NCBI GenBank assembly: GCA_965248265.1
Contig: CBDFJF010000002.1
Location: 864,001-928,000, forward strand
Origin: Candidatus Latescibacterota bacterium
GTDB lineage: Bacteria > Latescibacterota > UBA2968 > UBA8231
Reading direction: 5' to 3'
Length of the DNA: 64,000 nucleotides
This document shows positions 1 to 9,441 of the stretch, piece by piece. Under the pieces are notes generated by a model. That model did no database searches, was not told where the DNA came from, and saw nothing but the letters and a program-made list of their open reading frames with translations. Every line of letters starts with the position of its first letter. The first letter of the stretch is position 1. The translations under genes and the position numbers were made by a program.

Positions 1-1961
1 TCGTAGATGACCAACAGCAGATCCTGGATGTGCTCGGCGACTTTGTCACCGACTGCGGCCACGATGTGTTGACAGCGACGAACGGCGCGGAGGCCCTTGA
101 AAGACTCGAGGACACCAACCAGGTCGGCGCCGTCCTCAGCGACATACGCATGCCCAAGATGGATGGGATCGATTTCCTCAAGGGAGTACGCGTGCGTTTC
201 CCCGGGATCCCGGTCGTACTCATGACGGGCCACGGAGACGAAAGCATCGCCACTACGGCGCTCAAGGAAGGCGCTTTCGACTACTTGAAGAAGCCGGTCC
301 GACTGACAGACCTGTTGGCCTGCATAACACGGATCGAAGAGCGCTCAAAACTGGAGGAAAGCTTCGTCGCTGATTACCCGCAACTCGCACAGTCGAGGTC
401 CGCAGATATCGACGATCCCGGGCAGGCGATTGAAGAGCCACAGCAGACCGGTCGTTTTCTGCTGGTAGATGTCGACGGACCTTCGCGCCGCGCGCTGCAC
501 CTGTGGCTAGTTGATCGAGGCCATCAGGTGGACCTGGCGGAAGGTGGGAAAGAGGCCGAGGAGCTGGTCCGTCGGACCGCCTATGACTCGGTGCTGAGCG
601 AACTCGAGCTCTTTGACACGGACGGGACCGATCTGATCCACAGACTCACTTCGGCCGATCCCTCGATAATCGCCGTGGCGATGACGGCCGACACTGATCG
701 CGACACCATCTTGCAGGCCATGCATGCCGGAGCCCGCGGGCTGCTGACGAAACCACTGGCAGATGAGGCCATTGCTGAACAGGTCCATATTGCGCTCAGG
801 GAGCGCAAGCGAGTCGTCGACGGCCGGTTGTTGATGGGCGACCTGATCAAGGTCCGCTCCGACCTGAGGCAGGAAGTCGTGGCACGGGAACGCTATCTGA
901 GCAACCTGATCGACAGTGCCCCCTTTGGCATCGTATCGACCGACACGAGCGGCTCTATCGTGACCTTCAACAGCAAGGCCGAGCAGATGTACGGCTACAA
1001 GGAAGCCGAGCTGCTGGGCAGGCCACTGTCCGTCCTGTGTGTGGATGGCGCCGAGGTCGTGGTTCCGCCAATGGAGGGCCGTTCCGTGAAGGCCGATCAC
1101 AGCCGTAAGGATCGGTCGAGGCTGCCGGTTCTCGTTTACGGGCGCAATGTCTTTGACAGCAACGGCAAGCATGTTGCGCGCCTGCATGTGTTGGAAGACC
1201 AGACCGCTCGCGAACAGATGGAAGCGCAACTGTTGCAGGCGGAGAGACTGTCGGTGCTGGGACAACTAGCGCCGCGCGTCGCCCACGAGTTCAAGACGCC
1301 GATGCAGGCCATCCTGGGCAACGCCGAGCTGGTGGGCATCGACCTGGACGAAGGCAGGTTGGATCGGGTGCGTGAGAACGCCAACGAGATCGTCGCCGCC
1401 GTGGAGCAGATGCAGTTCCTGGTAAAGCAGATGCTCAACCTTGGCAAGACAGTGGAGAGTAATGACGAAGAGCTGGATCTGGGAGAGGAAACCAACCGGA
1501 TTCTGGATCTGCTCAACCCTCTGAGGGTGCTCAAGCAGTGTCAGGTCATCACCGATTTCGATAGCGATCTGCCCCTGATCAATGGGGACGCCGCTCAGAT
1601 CAAACAGGCGCTGCGCAATCTGCTCGTCAACGCCAGCCATGCGGTGGAAGGCGAGGTTGAGCGAAAGATCACGTTGAGCGCAAAGGCTGATGAAACCCGT
1701 ACCAGGGTCATCTACACTGTAGAGGACAGCGGGTGCGGAATTGCGCCGGAGCTGAAGGACAAGGTGTTCCAACCGTTCTTCACGACCAAACCGGATGGCA
1801 AAGGCACGGGACTTGGTCTGCCGATCGTCAAAACCATCCTCGACCGGCACGGTGTCTCCCTCCGGGTGGATTCAGAGGTGGGCGAGGGCACTTGCTTCAC
1901 GCTCACCTTTCCGGCTGTGTGCGCGAGCCGGGTTCTCCAGGGAAAATTGGACAAGGAATGA
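1..1961 (+). CDS. Hybrid sensor histidine kinase (REC-REC-PAS-HisKA-HATPase), 5' truncated by window
   Basis: Frame open from base 3 (VDDQQQILDVLGD); receiver motif SDIRMPKMDG; second receiver with Glu at the phospho-site (VLSELELFDTDG); PAS (IVTFNSKAEQMYGY); H-box VAHEFKTP; N, G1, F, G2 boxes (NLLVNA, DSGCG, FFTTK, GTGLGL). Confidence 0.92.
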   Translation, partial: VDDQQQILDVLGDFVTDCGHDVLTATNGAEALERLEDTNQVGAVLSDIRMPKMDGIDFLKGVRVRFPGIPVVLMTGHGDESIATTALKEGAFDYLKKPVRLTDLLACITRIEERSKLEESFVADYPQLAQSRSADIDDPGQAIEEPQQTGRFLLVDVDGPSRRALHLWLVDRGHQVDLAEGGKEAEELVRRTAYDSVLSELELFDTDGTDLIHRLTSADPSIIAVAMTADTDRDTILQAMHAGARGLLTKPLADEAIAEQVHIALRERKRVVDGRLLMGDLIKVRSDLRQEVVARERYLSNLIDSAPFGIVSTDTSGSIVTFNSKAEQMYGYKEAELLGRPLSVLCVDGAEVVVPPMEGRSVKADHSRKDRSRLPVLVYGRNVFDSNGKHVARLHVLEDQTAREQMEAQLLQAERLSVLGQLAPRVAHEFKTPMQAILGNAELVGIDLDEGRLDRVRENANEIVAAVEQMQFLVKQMLNLGKTVESNDEELDLGEETNRILDLLNPLRVLKQCQVITDFDSDLPLINGDAAQIKQALRNLLVNASHAVEGEVERKITLSAKADETRTRVIYTVEDSGCGIAPELKDKVFQPFFTTKPDGKGTGLGLPIVKTILDRHGVSLRVDSEVGEGTCFTLTFPAVCASRVLQGKLDKE

Positions 1962-2187
1962 GCAAAACTGGACATCAGCAAAGATGAGTGACCTGCTGGC
2001 CATCGCCCTGCTGCTTGATTCCACCATCACGGAATACGTGGAGCATTCGCCTTACACCCTTCCAGCAAATAGATCTTCTTGCGTTGGAAGAGCTGGTTGC
2101 CGAATACCAGCGGCTGAGCGGCCAGGAGACCTCTACTCCCTTGTATCAGAGTAAGGTGAGGACACATCCACTGGCGTAGCTCGAGAT

Positions 2188-2226
2188 GTTGGCAACTGCC
2201 AAGTATTGTCAGCAAATGTTGCCAAC
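2188..2226. promoter_or_regulatory. 9-bp inverted repeat GTTGGCAAC...GTTGCCAAC, candidate enhancer-binding-protein site
   Basis: Arms at 2188-2196 and 2218-2226, about 80-115 bp upstream of a sigma54-like motif. Confidence 0.4.
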
Positions 2227-2271
2227 TCGGTACTGTCCGCCTTCAGAACGATATTTTCATAAATAGACAGT

Positions 2272-2284
2272 TATCAACAAGCTA
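2272..2284 (+). promoter_or_regulatory. IHF-like site TATCAACAAGCTA
   Basis: One mismatch to WATCAANNNNTTR, in an AT-rich tract between the inverted repeat and the sigma54 motif. Confidence 0.4.
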
Positions 2285-2302
2285 CATCAATAATTCCAAT
2301 TC

Positions 2303-2318
2303 AGGTATGTAACTTGCA
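2303..2318 (+). promoter_or_regulatory. sigma54 (-24/-12) promoter AGGTATGTAACTTGCA
   Basis: GG-N10-GC spacing with TTGCA -12 element, 80 bp upstream of ATG 2398. Confidence 0.55.
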
Positions 2319-2397
2319 GGTAGTCAGAGCATGATTCATTGCCCTGCCCAGAACGAAGCGAGGAGCGCTTCCAGAGTGGCAAGAAGGGGAGATACCC

Positions 2398-3360
2398 ATG
2401 GCAAACGAAAAAGACGCACGCGCATTGATCGAAGTCGTCAAGAAGGTGCCGATTTTCAACGGCCTGTCACCAACACAGATAAAGAAAATTCTTACGGGAT
2501 GCTTACCCCGAACTTTTGCCGAGAACGAAGCCGTCAGCGCGCGCGGTAAGCCGAGCGACGAGATGCTCGTGCTGTTAGCCGGTGAGTTATCGGTAAACAA
2601 GCAGGACGGATCCGTCATCGCCGTGCTGTCACCCGTAACCACGGTCGGCGAGGTGTCGCTGATCGCACGGCTGCCCCACGAGATGAATGTCGTTGCCACG
2701 AAGTCTTCCTCCGCCCTCGTGATCACGCGGACCAAGTTCGACGTGCTGATGCGCGAGGACGTTGACATGTCTCTGAGGATCTACCGCAACATCATCACGC
2801 TGATGGCATCCCGTTTCACGGGAGAGAGCGTTAACTCCTGCGACGTCGAGATGCTGCGGACCCGCAACAAATTGCTCGAAGTCAGGCAGCGCATATCCCT
2901 CGACATGATCACAGACAGTGGTGTCTCGCGTGAGGATGCTGCCCAGCAGATCGCGCAACGGCTGCGAGGAGTCATGCCGACAATTCTTGTCGTCGATGAC
3001 CAGGAGATGATCCGAACCGCTTTCAAGCGAGCATTCAGCAATTTCAACGTGATGGTTGCCTCCGACGGTGAGGAGGCGCTCAAGCTTGCCCAGGAGTGCC
3101 GTCCCGATATCGTCATCACCGACATCCACATGGACGGCATGGACGGATATCAGCTGCTCGAGCAACTCCGAGCTGACTACCCCGATATGCCGGTACTCGG
3201 GATTTCCGGTCAGGTCGAACCCGGTCACGGAGAACGCCTGGGCTTCGATGGATTCCTGGACAAACCGGTTCGTATTGCCGACATGCTGAAAGCCGTGCGA
3301 CAAAACCTGGATACCGAGGAGTCGGAAGAAGAAACTGTGACCGAACCTGAGCCGGTGTGA
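2398..3360 (+). CDS. Cyclic-nucleotide-binding domain + response regulator receiver protein
   Basis: KKVPIFNGLS...GEVSLIARLPH cNMP fold; C-terminal ILVVDD...TDIHMDGMDG...FLDKP receiver; RBS GGGGAG. Confidence 0.85.
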   Translation: MANEKDARALIEVVKKVPIFNGLSPTQIKKILTGCLPRTFAENEAVSARGKPSDEMLVLLAGELSVNKQDGSVIAVLSPVTTVGEVSLIARLPHEMNVVATKSSSALVITRTKFDVLMREDVDMSLRIYRNIITLMASRFTGESVNSCDVEMLRTRNKLLEVRQRISLDMITDSGVSREDAAQQIAQRLRGVMPTILVVDDQEMIRTAFKRAFSNFNVMVASDGEEALKLAQECRPDIVITDIHMDGMDGYQLLEQLRADYPDMPVLGISGQVEPGHGERLGFDGFLDKPVRIADMLKAVRQNLDTEESEEETVTEPEPV

Positions 3361-4454
3361 ACATGACGAAAAAGCATCTCCTTCTCGCTTTCATGATGGC
3401 GACGGCCCCAACGACGGTCAGTTTCGCCGACGAGCGTACACGCATCTTCGTCGTCAGTAGCTACCACGCAGAGTACCTGTGGTCGCAGTCGACTCAACAA
3501 GGATTGTGCGAGGCCATGCTGCAGTTTGGCTACCTGGACAACGGCGACCAGATCGACGAGTTCACGCGGACGGATTCCGTCATGAGTTCGACAGCTGTGG
3601 TGAAGAAGGAGTGGATGGACACCAAGCGAAAGAACACGACCTCCGATATTGCCGCGGCGACCGTCCGTATCACGGCGTCGATCGATCGGTTTCGGCCGGA
3701 TGTTGTTCTTCTCGGAGACGACAACGCCGCCAACTACATCGGCAATCAGCTCCTGGACGCGGAGGTTCCGGTGGTTTTCTGGGGCATCAATGGTTTGCCG
3801 CTCAAGTACGGTCTGCTGGATCGACTGGGTCGGCCGGGTCACAACGTGACCGGTGTCTGGCAATCGGGCTATCAGAAGGAAAGCCTGGAGCTGCTCCATG
3901 AGCTCGTGCCGGAGGCGCGGACTTTTGCCATTCTGGCGTGCGATTCGGAGACCTCGAGGCCGAAAGTCAAGCAACTGCAGGTACAGGCGAGACAGGGGGT
4001 TCTGCCCCTGCAGCTTGTCGAAGTGGTCGTAACCAATTCCTATTCCGAGTTCCAGCGCCGCGCTCTTGAACTCGCCGCCCGGGTAGACGCTTTCTTCGTC
4101 CTCAATCACGACACCATGAAGGACGATCAGGGCAATCACGTCGACATGATGACGGTGGGCAAGTGGTATCTGGAACACATCGACAAGCCAGAGACTTCAC
4201 ACGAGGGCCAGTTCGTGCGTGAAGGAATGCTCTGTACGGCGAATGATTCCGGGTACAACCAGGGTTTCGAGGCTTTGACGATGGCGGCGCAGATATTGCA
4301 GGATGGTTTGGATCCCGCGACGATGAGGCCGCGGACACCTGGAAGGGGCCCCCTGATGATGAATGTTCAGCGAGCCCGGATGCTGCGGATAGGGTTCGAA
4401 GCGAAGCTCGACCAAATCGACGAACTGGCACACGAAGCCCTGGCTCTGCAATGA
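3357..4454 (+). CDS. Periplasmic ABC-substrate-binding-like sensory protein
   Basis: Signal peptide; IFVVSSYHAEYLWS, PDVVLLGDDNA, PVVFWGIN, NVTGV motifs; GTGA overlap with the previous gene; no permease nearby. Confidence 0.75.
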   Translation: MNMTKKHLLLAFMMATAPTTVSFADERTRIFVVSSYHAEYLWSQSTQQGLCEAMLQFGYLDNGDQIDEFTRTDSVMSSTAVVKKEWMDTKRKNTTSDIAAATVRITASIDRFRPDVVLLGDDNAANYIGNQLLDAEVPVVFWGINGLPLKYGLLDRLGRPGHNVTGVWQSGYQKESLELLHELVPEARTFAILACDSETSRPKVKQLQVQARQGVLPLQLVEVVVTNSYSEFQRRALELAARVDAFFVLNHDTMKDDQGNHVDMMTVGKWYLEHIDKPETSHEGQFVREGMLCTANDSGYNQGFEALTMAAQILQDGLDPATMRPRTPGRGPLMMNVQRARMLRIGFEAKLDQIDELAHEALALQ

Positions 4455-6787
4455 AGAGTCAGTCCAAGGAGAGGCCTCTTTTCTTCCGGCTTCTACTCGC
4501 ATTCCTGGGTGTCACCCTCTCCATCAGTGCCCTGCTGGTCACCGTTTCGTATGTGTTCAGCAGCCGGTCCGTCGAGGCTCACGCGCGCGAGGCCGTGGAG
4601 ATTCAGCTGGCTGCCGCCGGACGCATGTTCGAGGCAACCTACAGTGACCACCTGGCGAAGACGCTCCAGCGTCTCATCGCCTCAACCGTACTGGACGACT
4701 ACCTGCTGGGATCCGAAGCGGTGAGATTGGTCACGGCCCGGAAACTGGAGAGACTGTTCAAGCAGTCCGCTCGCGAGCTCGAGGCCATCGAAAGCATCTA
4801 TTTCGTCGACTCGCAGGGAAGGGAACGCGTCGGTATCAGCGGCCAACGCAGGGCCGTGGATCTGGTCGATCTTGGGCGATTGTTGCAGAACTCCGGATCG
4901 CCTGCCAGCGAGTCCAACGTGCACAGTGCGGCGGCTGGCCGCGTCTGCGCCGCACTCGCATCGTTGTCGCCAGGCAGCATCTACGTCGACGGGCCGTACC
5001 TCGACGCCCTTGGGAAGGTTTCAATGTTGGTGGGGATCTCCAAGCTCGATCTAGATACGGGAGGGTTCGGCGGCAGCGTTCTCATACGCCTGATTCTCGA
5101 CCCGTTTTTTGACGACCTGGCCGAGCTGAAACTGCTCGGGGTTGCCAGTCCGATCTGGATCGTCTCAGCGACGGGGCATGTACTGCGCGCGCCAGTCAAC
5201 CAGGATGTCACGTTCCATCCCGAGCCCGCTCTGATACGCCAACTGGCATCAGAGCAGGCCGCCGACAAAGAGGTTAGCCTTATCAGTCTGAAGCAGGGGC
5301 TGATGGCGGTCCGTGAGTTGTCCGTCGTCTCCGGAACGACGCAGCTTCGATTAGTGGCCTGCCTGGCGGACGAGCTGCTGCTCAACGAAGTCGAGCCCGT
5401 GCTGCGGTTTTTCTCCATCGTTCTCTCCGTTTCCATCGTCCTGATCATCGTGGTGGCTGGGTGGATGGCACGGGTGTTGTCGTCGCCGATTCGCCGGCTT
5501 GCCGACGCAGCACTCGAGCTCGCCCAGGGTGACCTGTCAACGCGCGTCGAGGTGGAATCGGCAAGCAGTGAAGTCAGGCTTCTCGTGGACAGCTTCAACA
5601 CGATGGCAGAAGCGCGATATCGAGCGGAAGCACTGCTGCGAGTAAGCGAAGAGCGCTTTCGGTCTCTGGTGGAACAGGCCGCGGACGCGATGTTCGTCGT
5701 GGATAGAAGCAACGGCCGCTTCCTTGAGGTGAATCAACAGGCCTGCGTCAGTCTCGGATACAGCCGCGAGGAGCTTCTCGGTCTGCGTGTGCCCGAAATC
5801 CAGAGCAATCACAGTTGGGAAGAATTGGCGAAGAAATTTCAAGGATTGCTCCCAGGCGAGTCGGTCACCATCGAAGGCAACCATCGACGAAAAGACGGCG
5901 CGAAGTTTCCCGTAGAGGTCCGCGTAGGACTGTTCGAGTCAGGTGACCAGCCGTTGCTGGTTGCCCTGGCTCGGGACATTTCCGAACGACGCCGGAACGA
6001 GCAAGCGCGACAGGATGCCGAGGAAGCCCTGGAGCGCCAGCGCACATTAGGCATGCGAGCGGACCGGCTGCGGTCTCTCGGGGAGATGGCGGCCGGCATC
6101 GCCCACGAGCTCAATCAGCCGTTGGTGGGAGTGCGCGGTATAGCGGAGCACCTGCAGATCGCGCTGCAGAAAGGTTGGGATCTGAGCGACGACATGCTGT
6201 TGGAAAAAACGGGCAACATCGTCGCCCAGGCCGATCGCATGACGCACATCATCGAGCATGTGAGGATGTTCGCGCGAGAATCCGGCAAACCGGATCTTTC
6301 GCAGCTGCAGGTCAACGAAGTGGTGTCCGCCGGCATCGAGTTGCTGGGGGCGCAGCTAAGCACGCACGGGATCGAACTGGACGCCGACCTGGCCGAGGAG
6401 TTGCCCCCAGTAGCAGCTAATCCGTACTCGCTCGAGGAGGTTCTCATCAACCTGCTGACCAACGCGCGCGATGCGATCGATGAGCGACGCCAGATTCAGC
6501 CCTCGTTCTACGGCCGTATCACCGTGCGCACGCTGGCCAGGTCCAACGGCGGTGCTCACGATCTGGTCTGTATCGAGGTCGGCGACAACGGACCCGGGAT
6601 ACCGGAGGCTGTACTTCCCAAAATTTTCGATCCGTTTTTCACCACCAAAGATCCCAACAAGGGTACCGGACTTGGACTCGCCATATGTAAATCGATTATC
6701 GAACAATTCGCCGGTCACGTGTCGATCGAATCTACACACGATTCGGGCACGATGGCGACGGTGGCCCTGCCTGTCAGCATGCCGTAA
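4451..6787 (+). CDS. Membrane sensor histidine kinase (periplasmic Cache-like, HAMP, PAS, HisKA, HATPase)
   Basis: Two TM helices; HAMP ([17 protein letters not shown]); PAS; [10 protein letters not shown]; NLLTNA, DNGPG, FFTTK, GTGLGL. Confidence 0.93.
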   Translation: MKSQSKERPLFFRLLLAFLGVTLSISALLVTVSYVFSSRSVEAHAREAVEIQLAAAGRMFEATYSDHLAKTLQRLIASTVLDDYLLGSEAVRLVTARKLERLFKQSARELEAIESIYFVDSQGRERVGISGQRRAVDLVDLGRLLQNSGSPASESNVHSAAAGRVCAALASLSPGSIYVDGPYLDALGKVSMLVGISKLDLDTGGFGGSVLIRLILDPFFDDLAELKLLGVASPIWIVSATGHVLRAPVNQDVTFHPEPALIRQLASEQAADKEVSLISLKQGLMAVRELSVVSGTTQLRLVACLADELLLNEVEPVLRFFSIVLSVSIVLIIVVAGWMARVLSSPIRRLADAALELAQGDLSTRVEVESASSEVRLLVDSFNTMAEARYRAEALLRVSEERFRSLVEQAADAMFVVDRSNGRFLEVNQQACVSLGYSREELLGLRVPEIQSNHSWEELAKKFQGLLPGESVTIEGNHRRKDGAKFPVEVRVGLFESGDQPLLVALARDISERRRNEQARQDAEEALERQRTLGMRADRLRSLGEMAAGIAHELNQPLVGVRGIAEHLQIALQKGWDLSDDMLLEKTGNIVAQADRMTHIIEHVRMFARESGKPDLSQLQVNEVVSAGIELLGAQLSTHGIELDADLAEELPPVAANPYSLEEVLINLLTNARDAIDERRQIQPSFYGRITVRTLARSNGGAHDLVCIEVGDNGPGIPEAVLPKIFDPFFTTKDPNKGTGLGLAICKSIIEQFAGHVSIESTHDSGTMATVALPVSMP

Positions 6788-6955
6788 ACGGATCCTTGCC
6801 CGAGAGCCCGGCAGAAGCTACTTTCCTCGCATTGACCCACGGCAACAACCTCTCCCTGAAATTGCTTCCCAGATCTTCCTCCCCGGGAGGATCACGACCT
6901 CCTGTCGTCCGCACCGATCCTGATTAATCGACAGCCGGGCAACCTCTGCCTGGCC

Positions 6956-8857
6956 GTGCTGCTGTGTATGGGTGCCACGGCTGCCTCCGGGCTCGCGTCG
7001 TACACCGATCCACCCGGTTATCCCAGCGCCTGGTCGTCCGCGCTGGGATCGCAAAGCTATACCTTCCAGGGCAGCTCACAGAGCGATCCCAGCGGTGCGG
7101 TGGACGCTTCCGGCGCTGATGTGCCACTTGCCCACGTTGATTTTTCCGCCGGGCCTTCTCAGGATCAGTCTTCCTTCTTCCACACGGCCACCAGTTCGGT
7201 TCTGTTTTTCCGGTTGCGTCTCGCCGGCTCGCCACTGCAGCTGGTGGCCCCTGGGCTTCCGGCAAAAGCGGCGACCTGGAACATCCTCATCGATATCGAT
7301 GGCGACGGTTACAAGGAATTCGCCGTCACCCTGGACGGTGCCGGTGGCAGCGCTGGGCCGGATGACCTAATCGTATGGTTCGGTGATACGGCATCGCAGA
7401 CGTTTTCTACCGGCCAGGAGGTGTGGCGCCAGGACAGTGCCGGTACCGACGATGATGCCGATGGGGCTGAGGGTGGCATACCGCTCTGGGACATCGATGC
7501 TGATCCCTACGTGTGGGATTTTCGCCGCGTCCGAGTCGTCCAGATCGACATGTCCTTGCCCCCGGGAGATGAGGCTTCTGAGTATTTCCTGGATGTACAG
7601 ATCCCGCTAACGGCCTTCGATGCGTCGACCGCAGGCGGAACCGCGCTGTCGTCGTCGACGGCAATCTCCATGACGGCGACCACCGGCTCGAGCTTCACGA
7701 ACCCGCTGCAGCACGATCTGTTGTTCGCGGGTGAGTTTGCCTTGGCCGATGTGCCGTTGCCGATGGGGGACCCGACCGCAGGCAGTAGCGTTTTTCAGGA
7801 GCCAATCGTGACAGCGGTGACGGCCACGGCGTGTCCGGCGCCGCTGTTTCTGAGTGCTACCGTTTTCGACGCGATCGGACCGGGGGGCGGGAGCGTTGCA
7901 ACCACCGTGGCGGCAGTGCAGTTCGAGTCCTACGCGGACTTGAATGCGGATGGGCAGGCGAAGGACGCGGACGGGGAATGGACTCTGATCGGCGGCGCTC
8001 AACAGGGCTCGGGTGGTTTGAGCCAGTGGGGAGGGAGCTGGAACGTCGACCTGTTGCCGAACGGCAATTATCTCGTGCGAGCGTTGGCCACTGATGCGCA
8101 GGGCAACGAGATGGTTTCAACCGAGCAACCGGCGCAATTGCAACAGGTGTCCGTGGTTGCCGGGGTGACCAACGAATGCAGCATCATCCTTTCGTTCGCC
8201 GGTTCAACCCAGTCGGTCATCGACCTCAACGGTGACCCGGTGGCGCCCGGAGACACCCTCGTCTACAACATCACGCTCAAGAACAGTGGTATCGAGGTGC
8301 CCAACGCGACGGTCCGCGATACGCTCGATGTCCAACTGGAGTACGTCGCAGGTTCAGCGGTCCCTGAACCGGCGCAATCCGGTGCGCAGCTGCTGTGGAA
8401 CGTGGGCACGGCCGCTGCCGGCGCTGAGCAAGCGTTTACCTTCGCTGCCCGAGTTCGCGAATCGACCGTCAACCAGACCACGATCGAGAGTCGTGGTTGG
8501 ATCACGACGGGAACGATAGCGGAGTTGGTGACGGCAATTGTGAGCGTGGTTTCCCTGCCGCGGATACAGTTATCGACGACCGTCGACGGCGACACCGGGC
8601 TTCCGGGAGATACCCTGGCCTACCGGGTCATGTACGCGAATGTCGGTACCGACGCGGCGACGGCCGTGCTGATTTCGGATGAGGCGCCGCCGACGGTTTC
8701 GTACGTCAGCAACAGCGTCACCGTAAACGGATTACCCAAAACCGACGCGTCTGATGGCGACAACGTCGAGGTCGCCGAGGACCTCATCTCCGTCGAGATC
8801 GATACCGTGGCCGTCGGGGAAACGGGAGAAATACGTTTCCTGGTTCGCATTGAATAG
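6956..8857 (+). CDS. Secreted DUF11-domain protein (putative tip subunit); true start may be upstream (in-frame CTG at 6902)
   Basis: Signal-like N-terminus; unique acidic beta-rich N-domain; Ig domain (LPNGNYLVRALATD); two DUF11-like domains (PGDTLVYNITLKN, PGDTLAYRVMYANVG). Confidence 0.78.
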   Translation: MLLCMGATAASGLASYTDPPGYPSAWSSALGSQSYTFQGSSQSDPSGAVDASGADVPLAHVDFSAGPSQDQSSFFHTATSSVLFFRLRLAGSPLQLVAPGLPAKAATWNILIDIDGDGYKEFAVTLDGAGGSAGPDDLIVWFGDTASQTFSTGQEVWRQDSAGTDDDADGAEGGIPLWDIDADPYVWDFRRVRVVQIDMSLPPGDEASEYFLDVQIPLTAFDASTAGGTALSSSTAISMTATTGSSFTNPLQHDLLFAGEFALADVPLPMGDPTAGSSVFQEPIVTAVTATACPAPLFLSATVFDAIGPGGGSVATTVAAVQFESYADLNADGQAKDADGEWTLIGGAQQGSGGLSQWGGSWNVDLLPNGNYLVRALATDAQGNEMVSTEQPAQLQQVSVVAGVTNECSIILSFAGSTQSVIDLNGDPVAPGDTLVYNITLKNSGIEVPNATVRDTLDVQLEYVAGSAVPEPAQSGAQLLWNVGTAAAGAEQAFTFAARVRESTVNQTTIESRGWITTGTIAELVTAIVSVVSLPRIQLSTTVDGDTGLPGDTLAYRVMYANVGTDAATAVLISDEAPPTVSYVSNSVTVNGLPKTDASDGDNVEVAEDLISVEIDTVAVGETGEIRFLVRIE

Positions 8858-8895
8858 TTGCATGAGTAAGTGACAGGAGGAGGTTGGAGATCAAC

Positions 8896-9441
8896 ATGAT
8901 ACGCATCAGGAGGACCTTGGTAACCGCTTGTATGATCGCATCGAGTGCTCAGGCTCAGGCGCCCGTTGACGAAGCGGCCGTGCCCACCGGGCCGCGGATC
9001 GAGATCGTCATCATGGACGATCTGTTGCTGCCATCGGGCGGAACCGGGACCGTGACCAGAGACGGCGCCGGCAATCTCGTAACTCGCCCCGGAGATGTCA
9101 TTCGCTATCGACTGACCGCTTCGAATCGCGGTAGTGAACCGGCACGCAATACCGAACTCCTCGACCCCATTCCCGCCGGGACGGAGTACGTCATCGGCAG
9201 CGCACGTGGGGACGGTATGCGACTGCTCTTCAGTATCGATGGGGGGCGAACATTCAAACCGCAGCCCGTGCGCTATGAAGTCCGGTCGGCGCAGGGGGAG
9301 GTAGTTGAGGTCGCGGCAGAGCCAACGATGTACACCCACGTGAAATGGTCGGATCTGGCTCCGATCTCCCCCGGTGATGCAGTCGAGGCGAGCTTCCAGG
9401 TGCGCGTTTCGCAGCGACAAGATGCTGAGCAGGCGAAATGA
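8896..9441 (+). CDS. Small secreted single-DUF11 protein
   Basis: GGAG RBS, signal peptide ending AQAQA, PGDVIRYRLTASNRG...LLDPIPAGTEYV, insertion FSIDGGRTF...YTHVKW. Confidence 0.82.
   Translation: MIRIRRTLVTACMIASSAQAQAPVDEAAVPTGPRIEIVIMDDLLLPSGGTGTVTRDGAGNLVTRPGDVIRYRLTASNRGSEPARNTELLDPIPAGTEYVIGSARGDGMRLLFSIDGGRTFKPQPVRYEVRSAQGEVVEVAAEPTMYTHVKWSDLAPISPGDAVEASFQVRVSQRQDAEQAK

Noticed and set aside
6845-6870. sigma54 promoter for the DUF11 operon (GAAATTGCT)
   Set aside because: -12 element present but no GG at the -24 position
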